From Rhizodiscina lignyota (lineage: Eukaryota), in the NCBI GenBank assembly GCA_010015805.1, contig ML978131.1, positions 1,054,001-1,108,574 on the forward strand: a stretch of DNA of 54,574 nucleotides, in the 5' to 3' direction. Position 1 is the first letter of the stretch. Every line of letters begins with the position of its first letter. The translations under genes and the position numbers were made by a program. Below, piece by piece: positions 24,588 through 37,159 of this stretch. Under the pieces are notes generated by a model that had not been told where the DNA came from, did not search any database, and was given only the letters and a program-made list of their open reading frames with translations.

Positions 24588-25156
24588 ATGGTTCGAAGTT
24601 CTCCACATGTGTCCAACGGACAACTCTCCGGGCTATCCAGGGAGAACTTGCGACGCCATGAGCTCGCATCTGACTTGGTTTGTTAGCGCAAAATAAGCAG
24701 ACGTAATATACTGACAGGTATTAGCCCATACAAAGTGAGTCTTTGGCTCAGCAATATGTTCGCGCCGAACAAGATCAGTATTGGCGCCAAACCTTCAACG
24801 TATACAACTCTTCCCAATGTACAATCCTCCACTCTTCACCTATCGAGAATACGCCAGAACAATACAACAGTCTTGAGCATTCTACACCTGAGACGACATC
24901 CTGGATGGAAAGGCTGGTCTGCCTTCCTCAGGTTGTCAGTCCGCGGCCCTGCGAACGTTTCGCAACTCCTGATGGCGTAACGGCGCCTTTCCCAATGTTA
25001 GAAAGAGAAGAAATGCGAGGCATCGGAATAACTTATGCTAGTATGGAAAGCACTGAGTTGAGAGAGACATATGCCAAACAAGCAACGAAAGTAATGGAGG
25101 AGAGGAGGATTGAGCGACATGAGAGGGCCAGAAAGAAGAGAGAGGCAGGGATATGA
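24588..25156 (+). CDS. Hypothetical 173-aa protein, paralog of 20959-21654
   Basis: Exon1 24588-24677 (30 codons), intron 24678-24724 (GTTTGT..CTGAC..TAG), exon2 in frame with ORF 24743-25156; shared motifs with the upstream paralog. Confidence 0.75.
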
Positions 25157-26201
25157 CAAGGCTGCCCGACATTGAAACAAATTGCCGTCAGAGGACTATG
25201 AGCAGCGGAGCGCTTGAAGTCCTTCTGCGACTGGAGATATTACGCTTGCGATTTAGATAATCCGAACATCTTCTCCAAAGTCAAGGTTTGCAAAGGTGCG
25301 AGGAGAATATTCCAAAGATCTCACGATCCCCACGTGTGATGCTTACGCTTTTGAGTTCCACTTCTTGCGCGCACGTGTAGTGAAATTCGGGCAAATGATG
25401 CACTGCACTCCAGATTTCCACCCCGAGCAGGGGAGAGGCCGGAGAGTGAGCAATTCAACGGGTCGATAGCCGCTGGCATGCACGAAGGGCTATCGGCACA
25501 TGATCACGGTGGGATCTGCGAGTAAGAGCCTTCCACGCACGGTGACGCCAGACCCTCGATGATCCTCAGATCCTTGCTGTCAAATGCTTGATGGGAGTGG
25601 ACCCTGCGGTGCCTGGAGCTATTTGCCGTTGCAAGACGTCGAGGAAGGGCCGACGCGCACTCTCATAACCACATCGCAACGGCCTTTATCGATCGGAGCG
25701 AAGCGCAATCGGCCATTGAGTCGGCGGGCGACACGAAGCGGGAAAGGGAGCGGGCGCGGGCACTCTTATATTCAGCGCGTGCGCCCCAGACCGCGCAGAC
25801 AAAGACCCACAATTAGTTAGACTACACAACTCACCGCATATGTCATAGCTCGCCTTTAGCCATTCGGCCTGCATCACTGCATGCTGCTTGTAATCGCAGA
25901 TTGCACTGCTTCTCGATCACAGCAACACTCCCTCCCTGCCGCCTGTCCTTGTCTCTCCATCGTCTCGTCGCTTCCTGCTGACACCCCGACCAGCCTCGTC
26001 AACCTCAGTTCCTTCCTTATTCGAGAGAGCACTCCTGTCGTGTGATCGGCTTCGTCAACAAACCTTCTCTCATCCTCAAGCACACAACGATCCTCTTTCT
26101 CCTCCAAACACCTCATGTTATCCTACAATTGACCTCCACTCCTTTGCAAGACACACCTCAGATCAATTTGCAGCATACACAGAGATTAGCACCTACATGC
26201 G

Positions 26202-28665
26202 ATGACCTCGTCAGAAGAAGGCCACCCCTTTCACCACTACCGCACCCCTACCATCGAGCTCGATCCCCTCTCCGCTCCTCACGTATACTATGGCGATTCA
26301 CATCGAAAGAAGGGCGCGGCAAGAGTGCGCACATACTCGACTGTTCGTGAGCACTCATCCTCTTAGTTGACGGGATCTGACAGCTGTGGTAGATCATAGA
26401 CAATGCGGCGCGACGACAGGGAACTATTGGGAACAAATCGCAGCCTGGACAAAGACGTCAAAGCCATGGTATGTGGATAGACCATGGCTGATGTCGTGGA
26501 CATTTGGGCTAAACGATCTTTCAGATGAAGTATCGAGAGAAATTCCTCGACAGTTCCTTATCAACGTCGACGCATGCTTGGAAGAATTGCTTGAACGCGA
26601 AGATACCGACAACAATTGCCAAATCACCATCGAAGATCTTGGACCAAAGGTACGACATGTGAGCGATGATAGTTGAGTGCCCTGCTCTAACCTTGTCACA
26701 GACCCTGTCCGTTGGCACTGCTGGCTCAGGAGGCTACAAGACCTTTGAGATTCGCGGCACCTACCAACTTTCGAACTTGTTACAAGAACTCACTCTAGCA
26801 AAAGACTTTGGCCGCAAGAATATCATCCTTGACGAAGTGCGGTTGAACGAGAACCCTGTCAGCCGGTTAAGCCGCATGATTTCCGGTTCCTTCTGGCATA
26901 ATCTCACGCGTCGTATTGATGGCTCGAATATTGCGCAGGTGGGTAAGGATCCTAAAGATTGGACAGACGATCCTCGACCGAGAATCTACATTCCCGTTGG
27001 GGCACCAGAGCAGCACGAATACTACTCGAAAATCGCAGAAGATCATCCAGAGATCAGATTGGATGTACAGTGGCTTCAGGATCCTTGTGATGACGACGAG
27101 TACGTGCGGGATCTCAACGACAAGCCGGGCCTACTTGCAGTAGCAATGGAAGAGATTCTCGATCCAATCACTGGCCTGAAGACATTCAAAGGACTGCCAT
27201 TCGTAGTCCCCGGAGGACGCTTCAATGAGCTTTACGGCTGGGATAGCTACATGGAGTCACTTGGTCTCCTTGTCAACAACAAGGTTGACATGGTCAGGTC
27301 CATGGTCACTCACTTCTGTTTCTGCATCAAACATTATAACAAGATTCTTAATGCTAATCGTACCTACTACCTCTGCCGATCGCAACCGCCGTTCCTTACA
27401 GACATGGCTCTGCGATGCTACGACCGCATCAAGCACGAATCAGGAGCCCTGGAGTTCTTGAAACAGGCCATTCTCGCTGCCATGAAGGAGTATTACTCTG
27501 TTTGGATGTCAAGCCCTCGCCTCGACCCTGAGAGCGGTCTTTCGCGCTACCGTCCTGGTGGCTTCGGTGTGCCACCTGAGACCGAAGCCTCTCATTTCGT
27601 ACACATTCTCATGCCATATGCTAAGAAGAACAACATGACTTTCGAGGAGTTTGTCGACGCCTACAATCACCATCGCGTGGAGGAGCCAGAGCTTGACGAA
27701 TACTTCTTGCACGACCGCGCTGTCCGCGAGTCTGGCCACGACACATCTTACCGTCTCGAGAAAGTCGCAGCGAATCTTGCCACCGTGGACCTCAATTCAC
27801 TGCTGTACAAGTACGAGACTGACATCGCGAGGACGATTCGCGCCTACTTCAACGACAAGCTCATCGTACCTGCTGAGTTCTGCACGCGAGACCAAACATC
27901 AAATCACATCGAAACTAGCGCAGTGTGGGATCGTCGTGCAAAGCGCCGACGCATGCTGATGGACAAATACATGTGGAGTGAGGAGAAAGGCATGTATTTC
28001 GACTACAACACTGCCAAGAAGCAGAAGACGTACTACGAGTCTGCTACCACCTTCTGGCCCATGTGGGCTGGTGTCGCTACACCTCGTCAAGCCGCCGTGC
28101 TCGTTGAGCAGGCTTTACCAAAGCTCGAAGCATTTGGTGGTCTAGTCTCTGGAACGGAAGAATCTCGTGGCGCGGTTGGCTTGGAGAGACCAAATCGACA
28201 GTGGGACTATCCATTCGGTTGGGCGCCACAGCAGATCCTGGCATGGGTGGGGCTCCAGCGATATGGCTTCGAAGAAGATGCGCAGAGGATCTGCTACAAG
28301 TGGCTGTACATGGTCACGAAGGCGTTTGTTGACTTCAATGGTGTCGTGGTGGAGAAATACGATGTCACGAGGCCGATTGATCCGCATAAGGTCGAGGCAG
28401 AGTATGGCAATCAGGGCGCAGATTTTAAGGGCGTGGCGAGAGAAGGGTAAGCTATCCAATGGCACCATTTGTCCTTTTTGATGAGAGAAAGACTAAGGTG
28501 GCGAATAGCTTTGGCTGGGTCAACGCCTCCTACGTCCTCGGCCTCACGATCGTCAATGCGCACATGCGTCGCGCGCTGGGCGCGTGCACGACTTATGATA
28601 CTTTTGTCAAGGCGACAGAGGCGCTGGGCTTGGACCCTTCGGAATTCGGCGCAAATGGTGCTTAA
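26202..28665 (+). CDS. NTH1: Neutral trehalase (GH37)
   Basis: Introns 26343-26392, 26469-26524, 26650-26701, 28447-28508. N-terminal RTYS/RRQS PKA-type sites, Ca-binding [60 protein letters not shown]. Confidence 0.97.
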
Positions 28666-29151
28666 GTGTGTGAAAGAACGGTCATTAGAGCGAGCTGAAA
28701 CGACGACACGAACCGTTATGACTTAGATATGACCAGAACCTTCTGCGGTTAAGAAGACTGGGGGATTCTTCTCTTGTATTATAGAGTTGCATCATTGGCA
28801 TGAGGGCGGATTGAGAGGATGCTTTCTTGCTTAAGGGATTCGTGGTGTTGCGGGACTTCAAAAGTCGATGGTTGTCCACATGTTGATAGTGGATGACGGC
28901 TCCTGAATTGTGAATTAGAAGTATTAAATCATTCACTCTGGAGCTCCCAAACTAGTAATTCTTTGACTTAGTGAAATCGAAGATGTTTAATCACGTGCGC
29001 ATCAACATTCACGCTGTATAACCGGGTAATCCCCGGAACTACGATGCTGGTCAATGCTCAAGCTAACATCTGCCTAGACATCTTAAAGTCAACTTTAAGT
29101 TCGACTCCAAAGTGCACGCGATCAACTTCTTCCCAGACACCACAAGTCAAG

Positions 29152-30856
29152 ATGGCGGAAGGATTGGAGCAGTCGCCCTTTTTCGTGAAGGCTGTGAAGG
29201 ATGGCGATATTGTTGTCGCTGGTGAGACCGCATTTCGCTTTACTGCGTCAAGCGATCGACAGCTAACGAACGATTACAGATGCGCCTAAATTCAGTCTGG
29301 AGTCGTACATCAATGAGTATAGCGGTATAAATCCTGCGAGCTACACTATATAACTTGTAGAACTGACATATGGTCCAGGAAAGACTCGACTCTATCGTCT
29401 CGCCCACATTTCTTGGAGGTCGACGTACCTCTGCCTCGATGCCATCTCCGCCGCCATAACCGAATCCAAGCGTGTCGGAGATGTCCACTTCTATCTCTCA
29501 GCCATGGAGCTTCTCCAAAAACTTGAGCTACCATCTGCCATGATTGCCAAACTCCCAAAAGACATACAATCAGGAATTGACGTGGCGTGGGTTGAGAAGC
29601 AGACGAGGACAATCAAGGCGGAGACGGATCGGCTTGAGGCGGAGTTAAGGACTTACAAGAACAACTTGATCAAGGAAAGCATCAGGGTATGTATTAATTA
29701 TTACCATGTCCCCGCTCCCGTGCAAAGTTGTGACACTCTACAGATGGGCAACGAAGAGCTCGGCAAGCACTACTACAACATCGGCGATCTTCCAAACGCC
29801 GCCAAGGCATATGGCCGCATGCGAGACTACTGCACCACGCAGAAGCACATCGCTGACATGACTCTGCGCCTTATCTTCGTCTCCATCGCTCAGAGGAACT
29901 GGAACAGCGTCCAGTCCTGGTGCACTAAGCTTCACACGGTCACTCTCAGGCCTGAAGAGCGCGAGCGCATCGACCCAATCGAAATGGTTTGCCAAGGGCT
30001 CTCCTCTCTCAGTACTGGCAACTATGGTCACGCTGCAGAGGAGTTCCTGAGAGTCAATCCGTCGTACGTGAACGGCGAGCCCCAAGCTGGCATCGTCTTT
30101 CAGAAGCAGGTCATGACTGGCAACGATGTTGCCGTCTATGGCGGCCTCTGCGCCCTCGCATCCATGGACCGCAAGGAACTTCAGTCCCGCGTCCTCAACA
30201 ACTCAAACTTCCGCCAATTTCTCGAGCTCGAGCCGCACATCCGCCGTGCCATCACTGCATTCGTGGGTAGCAAGTACACCACGTGCTTGCAAATCCTGGA
30301 TAGCTATCGCGTGGACTACGTGCTTGATATCCACCTGTATAGGCATTTTGACGTCATCTACGACCGCGTGAGGAGCAAGAGCATCGTGCAGTACTTCATT
30401 CCTTTCAGCGTTGTCACTTTTACCGAGATGGAGAAGGCGTTCCCGCCGAGGGGTGGAAAGGGAATTCAGGATGAACTCGTGGGCATGATCCAGAGTGGCT
30501 TATTGGATGCAAGGATCGATATTCCAAAGAAGGTGTGTTATCTATCCTGCAGTTACGTTTTGTACAAGCACAGTCGCTTAACTTGCAATTCACAGTTGCT
30601 GGTCGCACCGAAGAAGAATCCTCGCGCCGAGGTCCAGGCATCTGCGGTCAACATGTCAAAGGCATATGAGCGGAATCTACGCCTTCGGCTTGTACGCATG
30701 AACATGCTGAATGCGGGCTTGCAAGTGCAGGCACCAAAGTCGGCGAAGCAAGGTGGCTACGACATTGCTGGCCTGGTCGATGATAACTACAGCTCTGCTC
30801 CATCTGCACGAGTTGTTGGTGGTGGTAGGAAGGCGAAGTGGGATGGCAGTAGGTAG
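29152..30856 (+). CDS. CSN1: COP9 signalosome subunit 1 (RPN7-like + PCI domain)
   Basis: ATG 29152; introns ~29222-29279, ~29323-29377, 29687-29743, 30533-30595. Motifs LEAELRTYKNNLIKESIR|MG, AYGRMRDYCT, DVAVYGGLCALAS, FRQFLELEP, LDARID. Confidence 0.93.
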
Positions 30857-31489
30857 GGACTAGAAGAGCGCTGCTGATTGACTACAATGCCTGGCGAAGA
30901 ATTCTCGCATGGAAGACAACAGTCTGCGATGTTGCATTTCGGAGATACCTTAAGCATAGCGATGGCGTGTGGACTACGGGCTACGATGGATGGACTACTG
31001 AACACGAAGGAATGAGGGTGTCTCGAAACCCCCAGGCGCAGATAGACGTCCAGAATCAAAGGGATGAGCTCAAGACTCTCTTTCTTCCCCTGTATCAGCA
31101 CCAGTTTCTTAGCGCTCGTAATCTCTTCTGAGGCACGGTCCACCTGCTTGTGACGGATATCCGCGGCGCACAGGATGTAACGAAGTTGATCGTGTTGTTG
31201 CTCCGCGGATGGATGCAATTTCGCGTCGCGTCTTTCTGCTACGTCACCAACGTGCCGTTATTCAACACCTTTACTCTTGCTCTTTCACCTATCATTTCTC
31301 ACTCCACCTTCTTCACTGCTAACGTCCTTTCAACTGACCGTTGGCATCTTTTACTTTTGGCAATTGGTTTCCTGTCTCAGTATTTGGCTTCTCTTGCACC
31401 TTGTCTCAGTACAGACGCACGTATACGAGCTGAGACCACGCAAACACTCTACTGTACACAAAAGCTAGCCACAAAAGCTACGCAGAAAC

Positions 31490-33226
31490 ATGGAGAAACC
31501 AGACGGCTCCAAGCGTCCTCGACGCCCAAGCAGGCTCGCCAGATGGGCTCAGAAACTGCGCAGGTCATCCAGCCAGAGCACTGCACAAATGCGATCAATG
31601 GCACAACAAGTAAATAAGGAGTTGAAAGGGGAACCGAGCGAGAACACCACGCAAACGCCACCGGCGGCACAACAAGCGAATGAAGAGCCAAGAGAAGAAC
31701 ACAACAACGAAAGCATAGCATCTACGAACAACTCAGAAATGAGCCTGATGATCGCCATTGGCACCGTCCAGTCACGCCGTCCAACAATTCAACACGTCCC
31801 ATCGGGCATCCAAGCGACTATCGCAGAGTTGGACAGTGTCAGCCAGTTGACTTTGGTGTCCAACTTCAGCAATCCTAGTGTTGCCGAGATACCCCATGTT
31901 GCACGCCATGTTGCTGAGCCTGCCATCCGCACGCGCCGCATTTCGCGATTCATCGAGGGCGTTGAGACTGCGTTTGACCCTAGACGCTCATGGAATAGTA
32001 GTGGTACTACGGTATGTTGACACTTCCCACTCACACAAGAAATGTTTTACGTCTCTAAAGGCCTCTCAGCTCGTTGACGAGCCAATTTCCGAACGCGAAG
32101 AGTTCCTCGACACGTTCACGCAGCCTGGCACGGCTGATAACAGTGCAGTGCCTCAAGTCTATTGGTCGCTCTCTGTTCGTAACACCGAGGACATCGTTCA
32201 TGCTGGGCCGTCGGGCACGCAATCCCGCAGATCTTTCTCTGCCCGCATCATTGAGGAGGACACCGCCCAAAACTCTCCGGCGGACACACAAGCTTACGGA
32301 TCCCTCTCTATCGACAACACCGAGAGTGGCGCTCATACGTCTCCACCTCCTGTGTAAGCCCGCTTCTCCCTCTCTATAGAAAGCACGAAGACACAGTCCA
32401 TTTTGTCAGAAGGACTTTGAGGTGCTCGCATCACCGGCCTCAGAGCCACACAATGTATCATAGCTTTCCTTTCTTGTATAATTCTCTCAATCAATCCACT
32501 GTATTATACGCATCTCCTTGTGCTCTCTATGTGCTCTGACGTACTTATCCACCCAGAACACCAACTATCTCTTCACTTTCGGCAAGAAGACGACCACCGC
32601 CGCTTCAGCTCACTCTTACCGGCACATCCTTGAATGTCCCGGAGACCGTCCGGCCACGTCATGCGTACTCAAGCTTGAATCTGTCGTCTCCAAGCCCATC
32701 CGTCAATGAGGCTATCCGGTCCGGCCAAGCAGTGCAGGAGCTCAGGATGTGGGTTCGCTCATTCTCGCTCCCGGAGCGCGTGCGTCCAGGCGTGGCATGG
32801 CTCCCACCTACGACCGAGCAGGCGATGGCCGAGCACGGCACCTTCAGCGCGTCTGTCTCCACTGAGAACGGTTCCGAGGGCGACTCCACGCCTCGAGCAA
32901 GCGCCCCGGACACGCCGACTAGAGATACTATGCCCTTCCCCCGCCTGGAGGACTACACGCCTAGTGTCTACTCCTCCACAGAGGATGTCTTCGGCCTGCT
33001 GGTGCGCCCGCCTCCAGCTAGGCGCGGCTACACTGCAGTCATCGACGAGGTCGATGAGGTAGTGGACATGTATGGTGGACTGGGTGGAGCGGAGGCGGCG
33101 GCGCCGCTGGTGGATGTTGTAGACAGGGGGCAGGAGAACGTGTTTCCGCTGAGAAGGGAGAGCTTGAGGAGGGATGGTGGAAGAGTGGTGGAGGGGTACA
33201 GGAGGCTGGTTATGGAGCCGTTTTGA
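31490..33226 (+). CDS. Hypothetical low-complexity S/P/T/E-rich protein
   Basis: Three ORF segments (31490-, 31878 frame, 32630 frame) join in frame via introns 32012-32069 (GTATGT..CAG) and 32354-32556 (GTAAGC..CTGAC..CAG); no recognisable domain. Confidence 0.6.
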
Positions 33227-33420
33227 GAGTGGGGATGGGGGTGGGGGTGGGGGTGGAGGATGGGAGATGATAGACGCAGTGCAAGTAGGCAGAGTAACAT
33301 CAGCTTTAAACAAGCTGGCCAATGTCAAATGTACAATTAAAATACGTGTTACATCGCTGCTCTATCTACCTAGTACCCACTACTACGAAGCTGTATATAT
33401 TGGCTAAATGACACGATTTA

Positions 33421-33722
33421 CCCTCTAAGATATATCAAATAGAACGCTGAGGGCCCGTGCATGTTGGTGTCGTTAATTGCGATAGGGAATAACGGCTGGT
33501 ACACGTGACTTAGGCGCACCACTGTGTGTCTGAACCCAGTGTCCACTGCTATGAAGCTGGAGATATTAGCTAATGGCCGTGATTCTCCCTCCGAGATATA
33601 CTAAATAGGGTGGTAGAAGTCCCGTGCACGTTGGTGTGCTAGATAGAGATAGGGATAAACAACAAGTGCATGACTTACGCGCGTTGCGATATCTAAATCT
33701 CAACTCTGCCACTGTAAAAAGG
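33421..33722. repeat. Degenerate direct repeat, two ~135-bp copies with 166-bp period
   Basis: Copy1 from 33421: ccctctaagatatatcaaatag..cccgtgcatgttggtgt..gataggga..gtgacttaggcgc..ccactg. Copy2 from 33587: ccctccgagatatactaaatag..cccgtgcacgttggtgt..gataggga..atgacttacgcgc..ccactg. Confidence 0.8.
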
Positions 33723-35401
33723 ATGCCTGTATGCAATCTCAAATAAGCTAGCTCTTAGCCAACTCGAACGTGTCAATCGCAGCCATTCCAAGCTGTTGAT
33801 GATCATGATTAAGGGCTATACTTGCCATTTGCAAGGTGGTCTTGTGTCAGGTGGAGTGCCCAGTTGCTCTCCGCGTGCGCTATCGTAAGGTCTGAAAGCA
33901 CACCACATGCGGCATCAGGGCGGGACCAGACGTATTGACGCCGATACCGTTGACGCATGTTCTGTGCACGGTGAGTAGAATATCTGAACGGATATAGAGT
34001 GTTAATGCAAAGGCCCAAATAAAGGAATGCAAAACCCCCCCTTTCTTCTTCTCGCCCAAAAAAAATAAAAAATAAATAATAATTATTGGGAGGCAAAAAC
34101 TCTACACCACCCCCCTCTTGAATCCTTTTTATCAGATTAAGAGGGAGGAAGGTGCAGTTGAACCAGCATTATCTGGTTTATTTAGATTTAGTATTTAATT
34201 GGCCTAGATCAAGTGTTAATACTGTACTAAAGGGGCTAGTGCGCACCTTTGATTTAAGTTTTGAAGAGTGAGGGCTCTCAATTCTCACACCACAGTGCCC
34301 GAAGGCAGGGATTGGAATACGCGAGTTGTACATATACTCACTAAATCTAAAATAATCCCCCTCCTCACCAAGCAGATTTCCCTGACACAGCGCACGCACT
34401 ACTCATTCTCTTTTTCATTACACTCACACCTTACAACTCTTAAGTAGCTGCTTTGAGGTATTCCACTTTTTGGCGCAACACGACGCATCGTAGATACCCT
34501 CCGGAAGTCCTCGATTGCAGAGCGGATCTGAGTGCGCATAAGACATGTTATGGTATCCATTCTGCCCTCTTTATTTATTGCGTTTCGTTTTGTCCTTCTC
34601 TTCTAGTGTCGCGCTTGTTTTCCGAACTTTCTGGTTTTGGACCACGTCTCAAGCTAAAACTTGCTGCAAGGGATCCATAGTGCATGTATTCCGGTACATT
34701 GAACATTATGAAAAATGAATTGCGAGAGCGATAAGAAGCTTATGCCGATGCATCCTCGTACCATGAAGACAGACATCAGCGACCAGGACGAAAGAAAGCT
34801 GTACAGCAGCGGTGCTATGTCCCCATCATGGTAGCGAGAAGTCCCAGACAGCTCCCACATGCCTAAATGCATGGAGTATAAGTCCCGATGCAGGAACTTG
34901 ATGGGGCTGACGAGTGGCTGTCCTCCTGTTCCGTTATCGAGGCGTCTTCTGAAATTACACTGAGTCTCATGACTGTGGACGTATTTCCATTGAGGCCGAC
35001 AAACTTTCAAAGATACAACTCTTGTGTATATCATCGATTCCATGGCTATAATTTTCAAACGGCAGACGTTAGCAGCTGTGGAGAGGTCCTTTTCATCGAC
35101 ATTTCCAAGGTGCTCGAGCGTTCGAACTACGTTTCGACAAGGCCATCAGAGAAACAACATCTTCTCATGCTTCTTATAGTGAAAGAGGATAGTATTTTAA
35201 CAACGAACGACAAGAAATGAAGGCACTTGTGAGTCTGGATGTCTGGGACGAAGTGGACGAAGACGGGATAAAGACTAGCCCTTGGCGATCGGATGGCCCC
35301 TTCCGAATCCCAACCGAATTTCCCGCACCCTTTCGGGCCTCACTCAGCATGCAACTCCCATCGATTCATATGGACTTCGTGAGTCTAATCATTCGTGCAG
35401 A

Positions 35402-36271
35402 ATGTCACCCATTCTTGAACTGCCGCAAGAACTGAGGGATCGTATCTTTGATTTGGTCTTGGAAGATGCCAGCGTCTTCGTGATGAACGGATCCTGCGCT
35501 TGCCGGCGAAGTTTGTTTGAAGAAGGATCTCTCCTACGCGTCCGATACCACGAGGGACCGTCCGACATAAGTTCTACGCAGAGCTACGAGATTCAGTACC
35601 TTGTCTGCTCGACGGTCTTTGCGGTCAATCGTCAGCTCCGTGCAGATAGCATCAGCGCTCTCAGAAGGCTTAGATCTCGCCAGATCCTTCTCAGCACTTC
35701 GACCGTGCGGGCTATGAAGTTCATCCACGAGTGTTCCAGCGAGCCCAGGGACCGGATAACACAGATCTTCCTAGCTGATGAATGTTCTTGCCACCCCTTT
35801 GAACGAGATCCTCTCCTTCTCCCTCTAGAGAGGCCATCCGGAGGGCCATTGACGCAATCTGAACTAGCGAGCAAGTGGTGTGCAGCCTACGTCGACCGGC
35901 TGCCTTCACTACGACATGTAACATTGCTTGTACCAACGTCCATGGTAATGGTGCGACGAGACTTGCGGCGGCTGTATCAAAAGTTCTTTGAACCGCTCCA
36001 GGAAGGACGACTCGAACAGATCACAGTCATCCTTGGCTATAGTCATACGAGCCACTACGAACCAGATTTGGATTATGAGCAGAGTTGGTTGCTCGGACGG
36101 CCACGCACATCAGTTCCACCCGATGAGCCATATCACGACTATTTTGCACGCTTACGAGCAAAGCACGAATGGCTCGACATCTCAGTCGAACGGTGGAGAA
36201 ATAGTAAGATCAACTACTTCGGCGTCCCGGGCGCTCGTCTGATATTCAGGATACGAAGAAACGCGCTCTAG
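35402..36271 (+). CDS. Hypothetical protein with N-terminal F-box-like motif
   Basis: Intronless ORF from ATG 35402: MSPILELPQELRDRIFDLVL, later VFAVNRQLRADS, a pattern typical of expanded fungal F-box-like families. Confidence 0.7.
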   Translation: MSPILELPQELRDRIFDLVLEDASVFVMNGSCACRRSLFEEGSLLRVRYHEGPSDISSTQSYEIQYLVCSTVFAVNRQLRADSISALRRLRSRQILLSTSTVRAMKFIHECSSEPRDRITQIFLADECSCHPFERDPLLLPLERPSGGPLTQSELASKWCAAYVDRLPSLRHVTLLVPTSMVMVRRDLRRLYQKFFEPLQEGRLEQITVILGYSHTSHYEPDLDYEQSWLLGRPRTSVPPDEPYHDYFARLRAKHEWLDISVERWRNSKINYFGVPGARLIFRIRRNAL

Positions 36272-37159
36272 AGATAGGAGAATGCCTATATCCGATACCT
36301 CCTGTCTGACCGCGACTGCCCGTTCAATGCTTAGGTCCCCGGTAGACGTCTGAATGCCATCGCAAATCGATCGACATGTATCAATCTCGCATTTTGTGCG
36401 AGAGATGCATGCCGGCTGTATCGCTCACTGCTCACACTATCAATGATTTTTCCTCAATGGATGAAACAGCCAAGAGCAGACTGAGTGCTCAAGCATCCAT
36501 ATATCCGAAACAAGAGAAAGGTCGATTGGATTTTGTCGAAATAAGACTCCAACAGGGCAACGAATCTGTCCGCATCTTAGCAGCTCTCCAAGACTGTGTT
36601 TGAAATCTCTCGATAGAGACTTCATGCCGAATTGGTCACATGGTAAGCACGACTACCTATAGTTTGACTTATGGCAGGAACAAAGTTCTTACTCCAACTT
36701 TCGGAGAAGTCAACTACAAGAGCATCGACGGTCCAATTCAGATACTCGGTGTGCTTCCCTTTCCTAGTTCGGGAGCATGCTTCCACCCTTGTCATCTAGA
36801 TCAAGCCGCACTCGTTCATCGCAACCGTACTCCGCTCCAACCCTGGTCGGACATCACAAGTCGACGATTCTCCGCTTTCGCATCTAATCCTATGAGGCGC
36901 CGACCCGGAGCATTTACTGGTTAGAAAGATCGCCGGCTATCCAAGTGTGTGAGAGGCTTGAAAAATTCATTCGGCAAATCCGAACGGATCCAGATTTCAG
37001 AAACATTGCAGGGAAGCATCTGGGGTAGGCTGCCCCGCTTTTATGAAGCTTTAATGCTCGTGCGGAACGCGCGCTGGCACCTCTTCAAATTGTAGATCAA
37101 TTTTGCAGCGACTCTGCCCATTTCACACTCTCTGACGTGCCGGAAGTATTGAAGACGCC

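Noticed and set aside
34888..35220. 110-aa ORF upstream of the F-box-like gene
   Set aside because: No motif or splice support; cannot be distinguished from a chance ORF.
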